From Thermodesulfobacteriota bacterium (lineage in GTDB: Bacteria > Desulfobacterota_D > UBA1144 > Nemesobacterales > UBA2774): DNA of 64,000 bases. The notes beneath the pieces are model-generated. The model saw only the letters and a program-made list of their open reading frames with translations. It had not been told where the DNA came from and made no database searches. How positions within the stretch are numbered: the first letter of the stretch is position 1; every line of letters starts with the position of its first letter. Where the stretch lies: assembly GCA_965223335.1 (NCBI GenBank), contig OZ244991.1:2464001-2528000 (forward strand), given 5' to 3'. Positions 10,108 to 19,531 of this stretch are shown here, one piece after another. The position numbers and the translations under genes are program-made.

Positions 10108-11085
10108 TTGCGATTTAGTCTTGCCCCCATACAATCAAGCGAGGAGTTCGAGGAACTTTCGCGCCAGGCCAAACTGGCCGAATCACTAGGGTTCGACTGC
10201 CTTTGGGCGCACGAGCACCACTCGGGCGGGGCCATGTACCCCTCGCCTCTTATCCTGCTCTCGTTCCTTGCGGGCAAGACCCGCCACATCGCACTTGGTA
10301 CCAACATGCTTCTTTTGCCACTACATCATCCCGTAAGAGTTGCGGAAGAGGCCGCCATGGTAGACGCCGAATCCGAGGGCAGGCTAAGGCTCGGGCTTAG
10401 CGCCGGTTACTCACCCACCGACATGGCCACGTTTAACGTCGATCCGCACAGTAGGGCACACACAATGGAAACCGGTGTCAAGGTCATCCGCGCACTCCTT
10501 AGCGGCGAGCACATGGACCTGGACCAGAGTTTCTCACACCTACACGGCTACACTCTCTTTCCAAAGCCTGTGCAGAGACCCTCGCCCCCCATCTACATGG
10601 GTGCCACGGTGGACCAAGCGGTAAAACGAGCAGCACGCCTGGGCGATGAACTGCTTATAAGCGCCACTCAGCTCCTGGGCGATCTGCCGCGTATGATCTC
10701 GGTCTATCACGCAGAGCTTAGACAGCTCGGACTGCTGCCCGAACAAAAAATCACGACCATAAACCGCATAGTGGCTGTAACGGAATCAAAGTCCGAGACC
10801 GAAGAGGCAGTCAATTTCTTTGCAAACAAGTTTCTTGGGCTCTACGACCGTTGGGGACACAGCAACGTCACCGAACTCAATCAAAACATCAGATCACCCG
10901 AGCAAGTCACACGCGACCACTTTATAATAGGTGAGCCCTCCGAGTGCATCGACCTAATCCAGCGCTACAAAGAGATCGGCATAGGCGAGATCGCTTGTCT
11001 TATGAACTTTGGCGGCCCTCCCCGAGAACTCGTAGACAAGTCCATGCGCCTTTTGGCAAAACACATCATGCCCCATTTCAGTTAG
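10108..11085 (+). CDS. LLM class flavin-dependent oxidoreductase
   Basis: AESLGFDCLWAHEHH, HPVRVAEEAAMVD, GRLRLG, PKPVQRPSPPIYMG. Confidence 0.93.
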   Translation: MRFSLAPIQSSEEFEELSRQAKLAESLGFDCLWAHEHHSGGAMYPSPLILLSFLAGKTRHIALGTNMLLLPLHHPVRVAEEAAMVDAESEGRLRLGLSAGYSPTDMATFNVDPHSRAHTMETGVKVIRALLSGEHMDLDQSFSHLHGYTLFPKPVQRPSPPIYMGATVDQAVKRAARLGDELLISATQLLGDLPRMISVYHAELRQLGLLPEQKITTINRIVAVTESKSETEEAVNFFANKFLGLYDRWGHSNVTELNQNIRSPEQVTRDHFIIGEPSECIDLIQRYKEIGIGEIACLMNFGGPPRELVDKSMRLLAKHIMPHFS

Positions 11086-11222
11086 AATTTTAGTGTCGGC
11101 CACCGAAACTTATGTATAATTATTGTTCTATGTAAGTTGAACGCTATGTATGAAATCGCTCAAAATACCTGTAATATTACTAAGATAGATGCCAAACTAT
11201 CTATATAGTTATGGAGGATGAT

Positions 11223-12854
11223 ATGAATAAAAAAAGATCAATATTTACTACGGCAATAGCTATAACTGTTGTGCTTTGTGCATTCTCAATCGGCTGCAAT
11301 AGTAAAAGCTCGGGCCCACTTCCCATCCCGCCCGATATACAAGAGATATTCGATGATGCCCGCTACCAAGACGGCATCTGGGGGCTTAGGGTTGTGGATG
11401 TAGACACTGGCAAGGTGATCTATAACCAGAACTCAGACCGCCAGTTCCTAATAGGCTCGGTCAGAAAGACCTTTACGATAGGCTTGGCGCTAGAGGAGCT
11501 GGGCCAAAACCATATGTTCAGGACCCCTGTGCACCGCCAAGGCCCAGTGGATACGGATGGTGTACTTAATGGTGATCTGATCCTCGTAGCAGACGGCGAC
11601 CTTACCATGGGGGGCCGACGCAATGCTAACGGCACTATGGCAGTGACCGATTTTGACCATAACGAGGCCAACGCACTCGGCAACGCCGAGCTCAGCAAAC
11701 CCAATCCCCTTGCGGGTTACATCGGGCTTGCCCAGCAGGTCGCAGCCGCGGGTATTACCGAGATCACCGGCGACATTATCATCGACGACAGGCTTTTCCA
11801 GCCCTACTTCTTCCGAGGTGAATTCGACGTACGGCCTATTTTCGTCAACGACGACGTGGTGGACGTGATAATGAACCCTACAACACCGGGCGAGGCCGCT
11901 TCGGTCGACTGGAGGCCCATATCCGAGGCGTTCGATGTGGAATCGGAGCTCGTTACCTCGGGTGTTGGCACAGCAGAGACAGTGGAACTCGAGCCCGAGT
12001 TCCCCCAGTGCATCGGCATGGCTGATTGTGTTGGGGTTGTGAGTGGGGACCTGCCCATAGACTTCGTACCCTCGCTTACAAATGCGTTCCCGTTTATCCA
12101 GACATTTAGGATCACCGAGCCCCAGAACTATGCACGTACTGTATTTATCGAGGCGCTTATGAACGAGGGTGTAGTGATCAACACCAACGTTGTGGGGCCC
12201 AACCCCATTCAAAAACTGCCGCCCCAGGGCTCTTATACCAATGCGACGAAACTAGCCGAGCTCGTCTCACTCCCCTACTCTGAGTACGCTCGCTTGATAT
12301 TGAAAGTTAGTTACAACATCGGCGCCGACACAAGTCTAATCCTCTATGGACTCACACAGGGAGAGGATAGTATGGAGGGAGCACTGCAAACAGAGCTTAC
12401 GAGCTTGGATGAAATATTCGGCATCAAGCCCTCTCAATACAACTTTGTAGACGGCAGCGGCGGCGGCGAGTCGACCGCTACAAACAAAGCAGTCACAAAG
12501 CTGATGATAAGCATAGACCAAAAGCCCTATAGCGGCGCGTTCTTTAACGCTCTGCCTATTTTGGGTGTGGACGGCTCATTGGCATTCGTTACCGACTTTA
12601 CACAAGACGCTTCCCTAGCCGGTGCCGTGGGCAACGTACGCGCCAAGACAGGCACGTTTATCGAGGGACAGCCGTCGGGCCCTCCGATTATCAGGGCTCA
12701 GGCATTGGGGGGTTATGTTATCTCCAAGAGCGGCAAAAAACTCGCTTTTCAGATGGTCGTAAACGATGCCGGCCCATTCAATACCATCGATGATATAACC
12801 GCTATATTCCAGGACCAGGGCCGAATCGCCGCCATAATCTGGAGGGATAATTGA
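11223..12854 (+). CDS. dacB: D-Ala-D-Ala carboxypeptidase/endopeptidase (peptidase S13, PBP4), lipoprotein, copy 1
   Basis: SVRK, SYN, DGSG, AKTG motifs; lipobox SIGC. Confidence 0.9.
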   Translation: MNKKRSIFTTAIAITVVLCAFSIGCNSKSSGPLPIPPDIQEIFDDARYQDGIWGLRVVDVDTGKVIYNQNSDRQFLIGSVRKTFTIGLALEELGQNHMFRTPVHRQGPVDTDGVLNGDLILVADGDLTMGGRRNANGTMAVTDFDHNEANALGNAELSKPNPLAGYIGLAQQVAAAGITEITGDIIIDDRLFQPYFFRGEFDVRPIFVNDDVVDVIMNPTTPGEAASVDWRPISEAFDVESELVTSGVGTAETVELEPEFPQCIGMADCVGVVSGDLPIDFVPSLTNAFPFIQTFRITEPQNYARTVFIEALMNEGVVINTNVVGPNPIQKLPPQGSYTNATKLAELVSLPYSEYARLILKVSYNIGADTSLILYGLTQGEDSMEGALQTELTSLDEIFGIKPSQYNFVDGSGGGESTATNKAVTKLMISIDQKPYSGAFFNALPILGVDGSLAFVTDFTQDASLAGAVGNVRAKTGTFIEGQPSGPPIIRAQALGGYVISKSGKKLAFQMVVNDAGPFNTIDDITAIFQDQGRIAAIIWRDN

Positions 12855-14497
12855 TTATAAAAACGGCGGGTTATTCAGAACAAAAGTCCATTTCGTACAT
12901 ATTAATCTCGTTTTTAATGGCTATCACTTTGGCCTCGATTATCGGCTGCACCAGCCATAGCGGTTCAAGCAATACCCCCATTCCCGACAAGATTCAAAAT
13001 ATCATGGACAAGTCCATTTACTCAGACGCCTCGTGGAGCTTGCGTGTGGTTGATCTCGAGACCAACAAAATTACCTACAACCTAAACCCTAGGGATGTGC
13101 TCTTTACCGGTTCACTACGCAAGACTTTTTCAGTCGGTACGGCCATAGACAAACTCGGGGCTGACCACAGGTTCCGCACACCCGTTCACCGCCAGGGCCA
13201 AATAGATGCGGACGGTGTACTCGATGGAGATCTAATCCTAGTCGCAAGCGGCGACCTTACGATGGGCGGGCGCAATACACCCGAGGGCACTGTTGCATTC
13301 ACTGACTTTGACCACGTTGACGCCAACCCTCTGGGAGGAGCAATACTCACCAAGCCCGACCCGCTAGGGGGCATAAACGAGCTTGCTGCTCAAATTGCCC
13401 AATCGGGCATCACGGAGATAAACGGCGACGTTATCATAGACGACCGGCTTTTCGACTCTTTTGTAGTACCCAACGACGAAAGGCTGATCTCACCGATAGT
13501 GATTAACGACAACCTGATCGATGTTACCATTACTCCCACTGAGTCGGGCGAGCTGGCCATGGTAGACTGGAGGCCCAAAACCTCAGCCTTCGCAGTAGAA
13601 GCAGATGTCGTTACAGTGGACGAGGGTGGGGAGGAAGACGTCACGCTATTTTCATTCGACCCGCCGTGTTTTGGATTCGAGGGCTGCATAGGCAGGGTAC
13701 AGGGACAGATACCCGAAGGCTTTAAACCACAGCTGCCCGGTGTAGACACGTTCGTACAAACTTTTAAGATCGAGGACCCCTCGGCTTTCGCACGCACAGC
13801 ACTCATAGACGCACTAATACGCGAGGGTATGGCAGTCAATACCAATGTCGTAGGCCCGAACCCAAACCACAAGCTCCCGCCACCCGACTCATACACCCAG
13901 TCGACCAAGGTGGCCGAGCTCGTATCACTGCCCTATTCGGAGTACGCCAAGCTCATTCTAAGTGTAAGCCATAACTACGGAGCCAACCTAAGCCTTGCAC
14001 TGCTGGGCGTTGAGAACGGGGTTAGAACCGTCGAGGAATCGCTTGAGGTCGAGCGGGATATATTGGTAAACGAGTTCGGGATACCGGGCGACCAGTTCGA
14101 CTTCCCCACAAACGGCAGCGGCAGCCCCGACAGCCAGGCATCGGGACTCGCAGTGGACCTGCTTATGACCGCAATGAGCACTCTCCCCGTGTTCCCCGAG
14201 TACTTCGATGCATTCCCCGTACTCGGAGGCCCCGGCTCGCTAAGGTTTGCAGACCCCGGAAGCCCCGCCACCGGCAGGGTGCATGCGAAAACAGGCACAT
14301 CACTGGAATTCAGGCCCGCGACTCAAACACTGTTTTTAAAAGCCAATTCACTCGGCGGCTATATCGATGCTCAATCCGACCGACGGCTCATCTTTGTCGT
14401 GTTTGTAAACGGTGTGGTTATTGAGGATTTTGACGAACTTCTCGAGATTAACGACGACCTGGCAAAAATCGCCACAGCCATATATGAATTGAATTAG
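12851..14497 (+). CDS. dacB: Peptidase S13 / PBP4 lipoprotein, copy 2
   Basis: SLRK, SHN, NGSG, AKTG; TTGA overlap with copy 1; start uncertain. Confidence 0.9.
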   Translation: MIIKTAGYSEQKSISYILISFLMAITLASIIGCTSHSGSSNTPIPDKIQNIMDKSIYSDASWSLRVVDLETNKITYNLNPRDVLFTGSLRKTFSVGTAIDKLGADHRFRTPVHRQGQIDADGVLDGDLILVASGDLTMGGRNTPEGTVAFTDFDHVDANPLGGAILTKPDPLGGINELAAQIAQSGITEINGDVIIDDRLFDSFVVPNDERLISPIVINDNLIDVTITPTESGELAMVDWRPKTSAFAVEADVVTVDEGGEEDVTLFSFDPPCFGFEGCIGRVQGQIPEGFKPQLPGVDTFVQTFKIEDPSAFARTALIDALIREGMAVNTNVVGPNPNHKLPPPDSYTQSTKVAELVSLPYSEYAKLILSVSHNYGANLSLALLGVENGVRTVEESLEVERDILVNEFGIPGDQFDFPTNGSGSPDSQASGLAVDLLMTAMSTLPVFPEYFDAFPVLGGPGSLRFADPGSPATGRVHAKTGTSLEFRPATQTLFLKANSLGGYIDAQSDRRLIFVVFVNGVVIEDFDELLEINDDLAKIATAIYELN

Positions 14498-14646
14498 ATC
14501 TGTTTTGAGTCGTCGTTTCTATTTGACAACCTTCCACACCAAGCATTTAGAGTATTTGCAATGCTTTAATTAAATTAACTCTCTCTTAATTTATAATCTT
14601 ATTTGTGCTATAGTCATCTCAGACCAAAACAAGGCAGGTGTACATT

Positions 14647-15066
14647 ATGAGTAACCCCTCAAGCGATAATCTCAAAATAGCACAAACATTTTACGAGTAT
14701 GTAAATAACGACCCCAACGCTCTTCCGTCAGTTCTCCATCCTGAGATCAGTTGGGAGATCATACCGGGATTCCCCTACGGAGGTAAATACGAAGGGCTCC
14801 AAAGCGTGTTCGAGAATTTTTTTGGCAGTGTGATGCAGCACTTTGAGTTCTGGAACGCAGTCCCCGACGAGTTTATCGACGCTGGTGACAGGATAATTGT
14901 TCTGGGCAATTACAAAACAAAGGCTAAAGAGAGTGGTATGGACGTAACATTGGGTTTTACACACGTTTGGACTTTGAAAGATGGCATGCTCGCACGCCTG
15001 CAACAGAACGCAGATACGGTACAAGTATCTCGGGCTCTCAATAACAACGTCCCCGGATTGGATTAA
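14647..15066 (+). CDS. NTF2/SnoaL-like protein
   Basis: LHPEISWEIIPGFPYGGKYEG...EFIDAGDRIIVLG...HVWTLKDG. Confidence 0.9.
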   Translation: MSNPSSDNLKIAQTFYEYVNNDPNALPSVLHPEISWEIIPGFPYGGKYEGLQSVFENFFGSVMQHFEFWNAVPDEFIDAGDRIIVLGNYKTKAKESGMDVTLGFTHVWTLKDGMLARLQQNADTVQVSRALNNNVPGLD

Positions 15067-15067
15067 T

Positions 15068-15130
15068 CGGTCCCCATATCCCCATTGATACCCTATCGCT
15101 AGCTGAACTCCGCTAGCTCGCGGTCCCCAT
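15068..15130 (+). repeat. Solo copy of the 53-bp REP-like unit
   Basis: CCCTATCGCTAGCTGAACTCCGCTAGCTCGCGGTCCCCAT identical to array units 1-2. Confidence 0.9.
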
Positions 15131-15146
15131 TGTTCGCCTGTTAATA

Positions 15147-15397
15147 GCTTTAGTCTTTAGCCTTTCCAATATGGGATCAGAGATCCCAGTCCCGACATTC
15201 ACATGAACGGCGTTAAGAAAATCGATTGTGCGAGCGTTAAGAATGATATACGGGGTGTGGGCCGAATTATATCATTTAGCTTAAACAAACTATTTTTAGC
15301 ACGTTTATGTGCAGTCGGTGATTTTTGCTTACTTTTCATCTAGGAAAAGTAAGAAGTAAATAGGTAAGCAGTATCGGCTTATCGATATATAATCCCT
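15147..15397 (+). repeat. Structured element copy E (complete)
   Basis: TGGGATC-AGA-GATCCCA; CCGAC(15192)...GTCGG(15318); CTTACTTTTC/GAAAAGTAAG. Confidence 0.9.
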
Positions 15398-15543
15398 AGT
15401 GCACTAAACTCCCGGTACTCCCTTTTGAATGGGGTCTCCAGACCCCCTTTTGGTCAAGCAAAAGTAGCAGATTACATCTGCAGGAATATAATTTGTATCG
15501 TGCAATAACGAGACTGTCCCCCCGCTACCCCAATTTATCACTC

Positions 15544-15742
15544 CCCTATCGCTAGCTGAACTCCGCTAGCTCGCGGTCCCCATATACCCATTTATCCCCT
15601 ATCGCTAGCTGAACTCCGCTAGCTCGCGGTCCCCATATCCCCATTTATACCCTGTCGCTAGCTGTACTCCGCTAGCTCGCGGTCCCCATATCCCCATTTA
15701 TACCCTGTCGCTAGCTGTACTCCACTAGCTCCCAGTCCCCAT
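15544..15742 (+). repeat. Tandem array of four 53-bp REP-like units
   Basis: Units start at 15544, 15597, 15650, 15703; GCTAGC-N8-GCTAGC hairpin; near-identical linkers. Confidence 0.92.
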
Positions 15743-15757
15743 TGGCACTTGCGTAAT

Positions 15758-15812
15758 GGTACTCCTTAAAAACGGGGTCCGTGACCCCTGTATGGGGCGT
15801 CCACGCCCCCTT
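15758..15812 (+). repeat. GGTACT-hairpin REP-like module (double hairpin)
   Basis: GGGGTC-CGT-GACCCC and GGGGCGT-CC-ACGCCCC. Confidence 0.75.
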
Positions 15813-15870
15813 GTTAAAATTGTTATGTTGAATATGATAATATCCAACTTCGAGTGCCGGAGACCACGCA

Positions 15871-16062
15871 ATGTCTACACATAAGAACCACAAACACCAC
15901 AAATCCCATCACGAGGGCGGAAAAAAGATGTCCAAATCCCGCCGAAGTGCATTTATACTGCTAATTATCGCAGCTGTGATATTGATGTTTGTCTACACGG
16001 TAGTGTTTGAGGAAGCCGAAGACGCCCCGCTGGAGCAGGCAGTACCCGAACAAAGCGAATAA
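15871..16062 (+). CDS. Small single-TM protein with His/Lys-rich N-terminus
   Basis: GGAG RBS; HKNHKHHKSHH, TM helix, acidic tail. Confidence 0.65.
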   Translation: MSTHKNHKHHKSHHEGGKKMSKSRRSAFILLIIAAVILMFVYTVVFEEAEDAPLEQAVPEQSE

Positions 16063-16119
16063 CCCTACGCTAGCTAGATCGGTTATAAAGATAAGTATCA
16101 AGTGTATTGAACAGTGGGC

Positions 16120-16212
16120 CTACCAGTCGTCTACGTCCCGGCCCTTAAGTACCAACGCCAGTACGAACGCCAGCACGACTGCACAGAAAATCATCGGGAT
16201 CAGATCTTGCAT
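16120..16212 (-). CDS. 30-aa small membrane protein (not in ORF track)
   Basis: MQDLIPMIFCAVVLAFVLALVLKGRDVDDW; GGAAGGTG RBS upstream. Confidence 0.5.
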   Translation of the reverse strand: MQDLIPMIFCAVVLAFVLALVLKGRDVDDW

Positions 16213-16290
16213 CACACACCTTCCCTGGTGAACTAGCCAACAATCTATATTGTGATCTTAACAGTTTGACAGTGGGAAGTAAACAGCCGG

Positions 16291-16806
16291 CTACAACGTT
16301 TGATACATAGGCTCAGCTTCAGAATTAAACATCACGAGTTCAGTCTCGTTGGTTAGGTAAAGCGGGTGTTTAGGATGGCCGTCTTTGGTCTTACCCATGC
16401 AAAACAATACGTTGCCCAAAATCCCCCGTTTGATAACCTCGTCGGCCCGGTCCATGTAGTTGCCGCCTCGGCCCCAAGCCGCTATTACCACATCCGACTC
16501 CGACGAGTACTTGTGCAAGTACATATCGTTATCCTCGCCTATTGGGTCCTTTGCGATCTTTATGTAGTTAGGGTCACTGGACCTTACAGCAAATAGGTTT
16601 AGTACATGCAACCCTCCAAACCCCCATGACTTGGCAAGCTGCATACAGCGCCTTACAGTCTGGTCGTTGGCAAGGTGGTCGGCCACAGAGGGATTAAGCC
16701 CTACAAACATGCAGTACTTGGCATCTGTGTCCCACTCGCGGGTTAAGACATAGCGCCAGGTTTTACATATAGAAAAAACCGAATCGTTTTCTACAAGATA
16801 TCCCAT
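16291..16806 (-). CDS. DUF1643 domain protein
   Basis: RYVLTREWD, FVGLNPSVAD, NLFAVRSSDP, VIAAWG, TKDGHPKHPLY. Confidence 0.92.
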   Translation of the reverse strand: MGYLVENDSVFSICKTWRYVLTREWDTDAKYCMFVGLNPSVADHLANDQTVRRCMQLAKSWGFGGLHVLNLFAVRSSDPNYIKIAKDPIGEDNDMYLHKYSSESDVVIAAWGRGGNYMDRADEVIKRGILGNVLFCMGKTKDGHPKHPLYLTNETELVMFNSEAEPMYQTL

Positions 16807-17109
16807 TCAGCAAATTGTAGTGATTGGATCTCTCATTCCGAATCACTTCCGCCCTAGTTTTATTCCATCATCCACGCTTTAGTTTGTGAAATTAAGTATA
16901 TATTAAAAAACGCCCCGCGCTAGTGTTTGGAGAAAAAAAGGCGCCAATTACAACAATTCTATGGCAATTTATATACCATGTTCCATATATCAATGCAATA
17001 TATAATTAGTGATATACCTATCCTACGACATACGTATATGTATAGGTATAGGTGTTTATGGCAAGTACCTAAGAGATAGCTTTAGGTATGAACACGGCTG
17101 GGAATCACA

Positions 17110-17391
17110 CTACCCCGCTCCGTGCTCCTTGTAGACGGACTTGAGGATGCTTACACAGAGTGCCACGTGGGTAGAGAAGCGCTCGTCCCCCGGGGGCATG
17201 AGCGCAGCCTCGTTATGCACCTTGAGGAATGTAAAGTAATACTGGCTCGTAAGTCCCGCGAGCTCCTCTATCAGCCCAAGGGCATCGCGGCCCCAGCCCT
17301 TAAACTCTTCGCGGTCCCACTCGCCGTGTGTGTACCTCTTGGTCTCGTCCAAGAGTTTTGTATATCTAGCGTCTATCTGTTGGGTATCCAT
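17110..17391 (-). CDS. Hypothetical protein
   Basis: GGAGG RBS; plausible helical ORF. Confidence 0.6.
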   Translation of the reverse strand: MDTQQIDARYTKLLDETKRYTHGEWDREEFKGWGRDALGLIEELAGLTSQYYFTFLKVHNEAALMPPGDERFSTHVALCVSILKSVYKEHGAG

Positions 17392-17551
17392 GGGGCCTCC
17401 GGGCCAGAGTCGTTATAAGCCGCATTGTGCAGTAACTATAAGGATACCGCATCCCCCCGGTTTTTCCGCGGATTTAGTGCCGAGTCGACAAAGGTACGGG
17501 TATGTTATAGTTAGTTACATATATGATTTGGATACGGGAGGTATCTATACG

Positions 17552-17986
17552 ATGCAGCAACAACCAAGGTTAGTAATGTTGGTGTTTAGCTTAGTATTTT
17601 TTAGTGCCGGCCTGGCATGTGCGGACTACACCGCTCAAGAGCAACCCGAACAGGCGCGCAATATCGTCACACTCTCGGTAGAGGACGGCTACAAACTGAT
17701 TAATGATAATAAGGGCAACCCCGACTTTGTTATAATCGATGTACGCACTCCCGAGGAATACGCCGAGGCCCACATCGCAGATGCCGTAAATATCGACGTC
17801 AAATCCCCCGACTTTACTACCGAGGTCCAGAAGCTCGACAAAACCAAGACCTATGTGCTCTACTGCCGCTCGGGCAAACGTGCCGCACGTGCACTCGTGG
17901 CCATGGACGACCTAGAGTTTATGAACGTCTATAACATAAGCGGTATTATGCAGTGGCAGGAAAAGGGCTACCCCGTCACCAAGTAA
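17552..17986 (+). CDS. Exported rhodanese-like domain protein
   Basis: IIDVRTPEEYAEAHI, YCRSGKRA; GGAGGT RBS; signal peptide. Confidence 0.92.
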   Translation: MQQQPRLVMLVFSLVFFSAGLACADYTAQEQPEQARNIVTLSVEDGYKLINDNKGNPDFVIIDVRTPEEYAEAHIADAVNIDVKSPDFTTEVQKLDKTKTYVLYCRSGKRAARALVAMDDLEFMNVYNISGIMQWQEKGYPVTK

Positions 17987-18026
17987 CTCGGTTATAATTT
18001 TTTTATAGGTCAAGGAGGGTCGGATC

Positions 18027-18464
18027 ATGCTTAAAAACACTCACTATAAACTGGCGGCATTCGCTCTTGTGTTTTGCATGGGGCTACTTGTGGGGTGCGA
18101 CGATGACAATTCCATAGCCAAAGTGGGTGGGTGTCAGTTTAACCTGTTCGAATTTTTTAACGGCCCTAACCCCGGGGACCAGGTCTCGGAGTGGCAGTGC
18201 ACCATCATAGGTGAGCCCGGGTTCACATTTGCGCTGTTCGCAGACGAGACAGGCACAAGCACAGACATCGGCACATTCACATTCACACGCCCCGGCTGTA
18301 CAACACTAGATATATTCACAGCCGGTGAAGAGGCTTCATGGGAAAACCTGGACGGCTCTATACAAAAGATCGGGGGAGTACCGGTGTTCGGCAGTCTATC
18401 GTTTAACCAGGTCTCTGACGACTTCGGCGACTTTGTAACAAACTGCCAGTTAAACGTATTCTAA
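18027..18464 (+). CDS. Lipoprotein
   Basis: Lipobox LVGC-DDD; AGGAGG RBS. Confidence 0.8.
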   Translation: MLKNTHYKLAAFALVFCMGLLVGCDDDNSIAKVGGCQFNLFEFFNGPNPGDQVSEWQCTIIGEPGFTFALFADETGTSTDIGTFTFTRPGCTTLDIFTAGEEASWENLDGSIQKIGGVPVFGSLSFNQVSDDFGDFVTNCQLNVF

Positions 18465-18612
18465 TCCGAGACACACACTTGAAACTCTTTGCACGCGTGC
18501 CATAAACATTGAAATTTACAGCACAAATTGTATTATTCTATAACTCTTTATTTAGAAAGTGTGGCAATTAGATTATTGGACGGTGACAGGGTTTTGGTGA
18601 GGAGAATGGACG

Positions 18613-19461
18613 ATGCTTGAGGCCACAGCTTTTGTTTTAACACTATTTTTAGGGGTTGCGTTCCTAGGATTTTTGATTGGGTTAATCTACCCACCTGCCG
18701 GTATATTTTGGGCAGAACGCAAAACCCGCAAAGACGTAGTCCGCAACTACGTATTTGTTTTTTTACTGATACTCATACTACTCACACTCGTTGCCCCACA
18801 GCTAAATCTACAGAACCGCTCCATAGTGCTCGTTACTCTGGCAATTATGGCGCTTGCAATATCCATACTGTCTCCCTACTGCATTATGCCCTGGTCCGAC
18901 AACCCCACACTCAAGTCAGCACTTAAAATATGTGTGCCGGTGCTTTTGGCAATGGGTGCCTTTTTGCTCTATGCCAACCTAAAGAGCGACGTCGACCCGC
19001 GCTATGCGCTCAGCACCACAGAGCTTTCATTGGCACACAAAAAAGACATCATCAAATACACCGTGGCCAAAGAGATAAGCGGCAAAACCAACCTAAACCA
19101 AAACCGCATACGAGAGATTACAGTCGATTACGACCCCAATGGACGCTACCTGGTTAATGTAGAATTAAACTCCAACCACTATGTGCTCGCCCGTCTGATC
19201 AAAGACGCAGTGCTAAAAGACATGGCCCGTGTATACAAAACACTTTACACCGCCGGGTTCAACATACAGGAGGTCGAGGTAAGCTCGTACCTGCCCACAA
19301 AAATAGAGGAGGTTGAGTCCTCGTCTACAGTTGCCATGACCACCTCACTCGACCGCTACAACGCCGACCGGATCGAATGGAGCACCGGCGAAGACAAACT
19401 GGCCAAAGAAGTGCTCCCTGCCCGATGGACCCTGCATTCCATCCACTCAAAGCTTAAGTAG
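18613..19461 (+). CDS. Membrane protein, paralog 1 (TM region plus soluble domain)
   Basis: GLIYPP, VDPRY, KEISGKTNLNQNRIREI, VLPARW shared with next gene. Confidence 0.75.
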   Translation: MLEATAFVLTLFLGVAFLGFLIGLIYPPAGIFWAERKTRKDVVRNYVFVFLLILILLTLVAPQLNLQNRSIVLVTLAIMALAISILSPYCIMPWSDNPTLKSALKICVPVLLAMGAFLLYANLKSDVDPRYALSTTELSLAHKKDIIKYTVAKEISGKTNLNQNRIREITVDYDPNGRYLVNVELNSNHYVLARLIKDAVLKDMARVYKTLYTAGFNIQEVEVSSYLPTKIEEVESSSTVAMTTSLDRYNADRIEWSTGEDKLAKEVLPARWTLHSIHSKLK

Positions 19462-19531
19462 AGATAGGCCGCTTACTCTCCCGAACCCCCTAAATTAGTA
19501 TCGCCACCCCCACTCAGATACAATACTACCT

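Noticed and set aside
15544..15742. Possible CRISPR array
   Set aside because: Linkers are only 13 bp and nearly identical, units occur singly elsewhere, and no cas genes are present; it is a tandem REP-like repeat.
17013..17055. Imperfect palindrome ACCTATCCTA...ACATACGTATATGT...TAGGTATAGGT
   Set aside because: Single copy in AT-rich DNA; could be a terminator or chance, with no further support.
17330..17551. Long N-terminal extensions in the ORF track (also at 4986, 29662, 41710, 56104, 57111, 62041)
   Set aside because: Better RBS-supported or motif-supported starts lie downstream.
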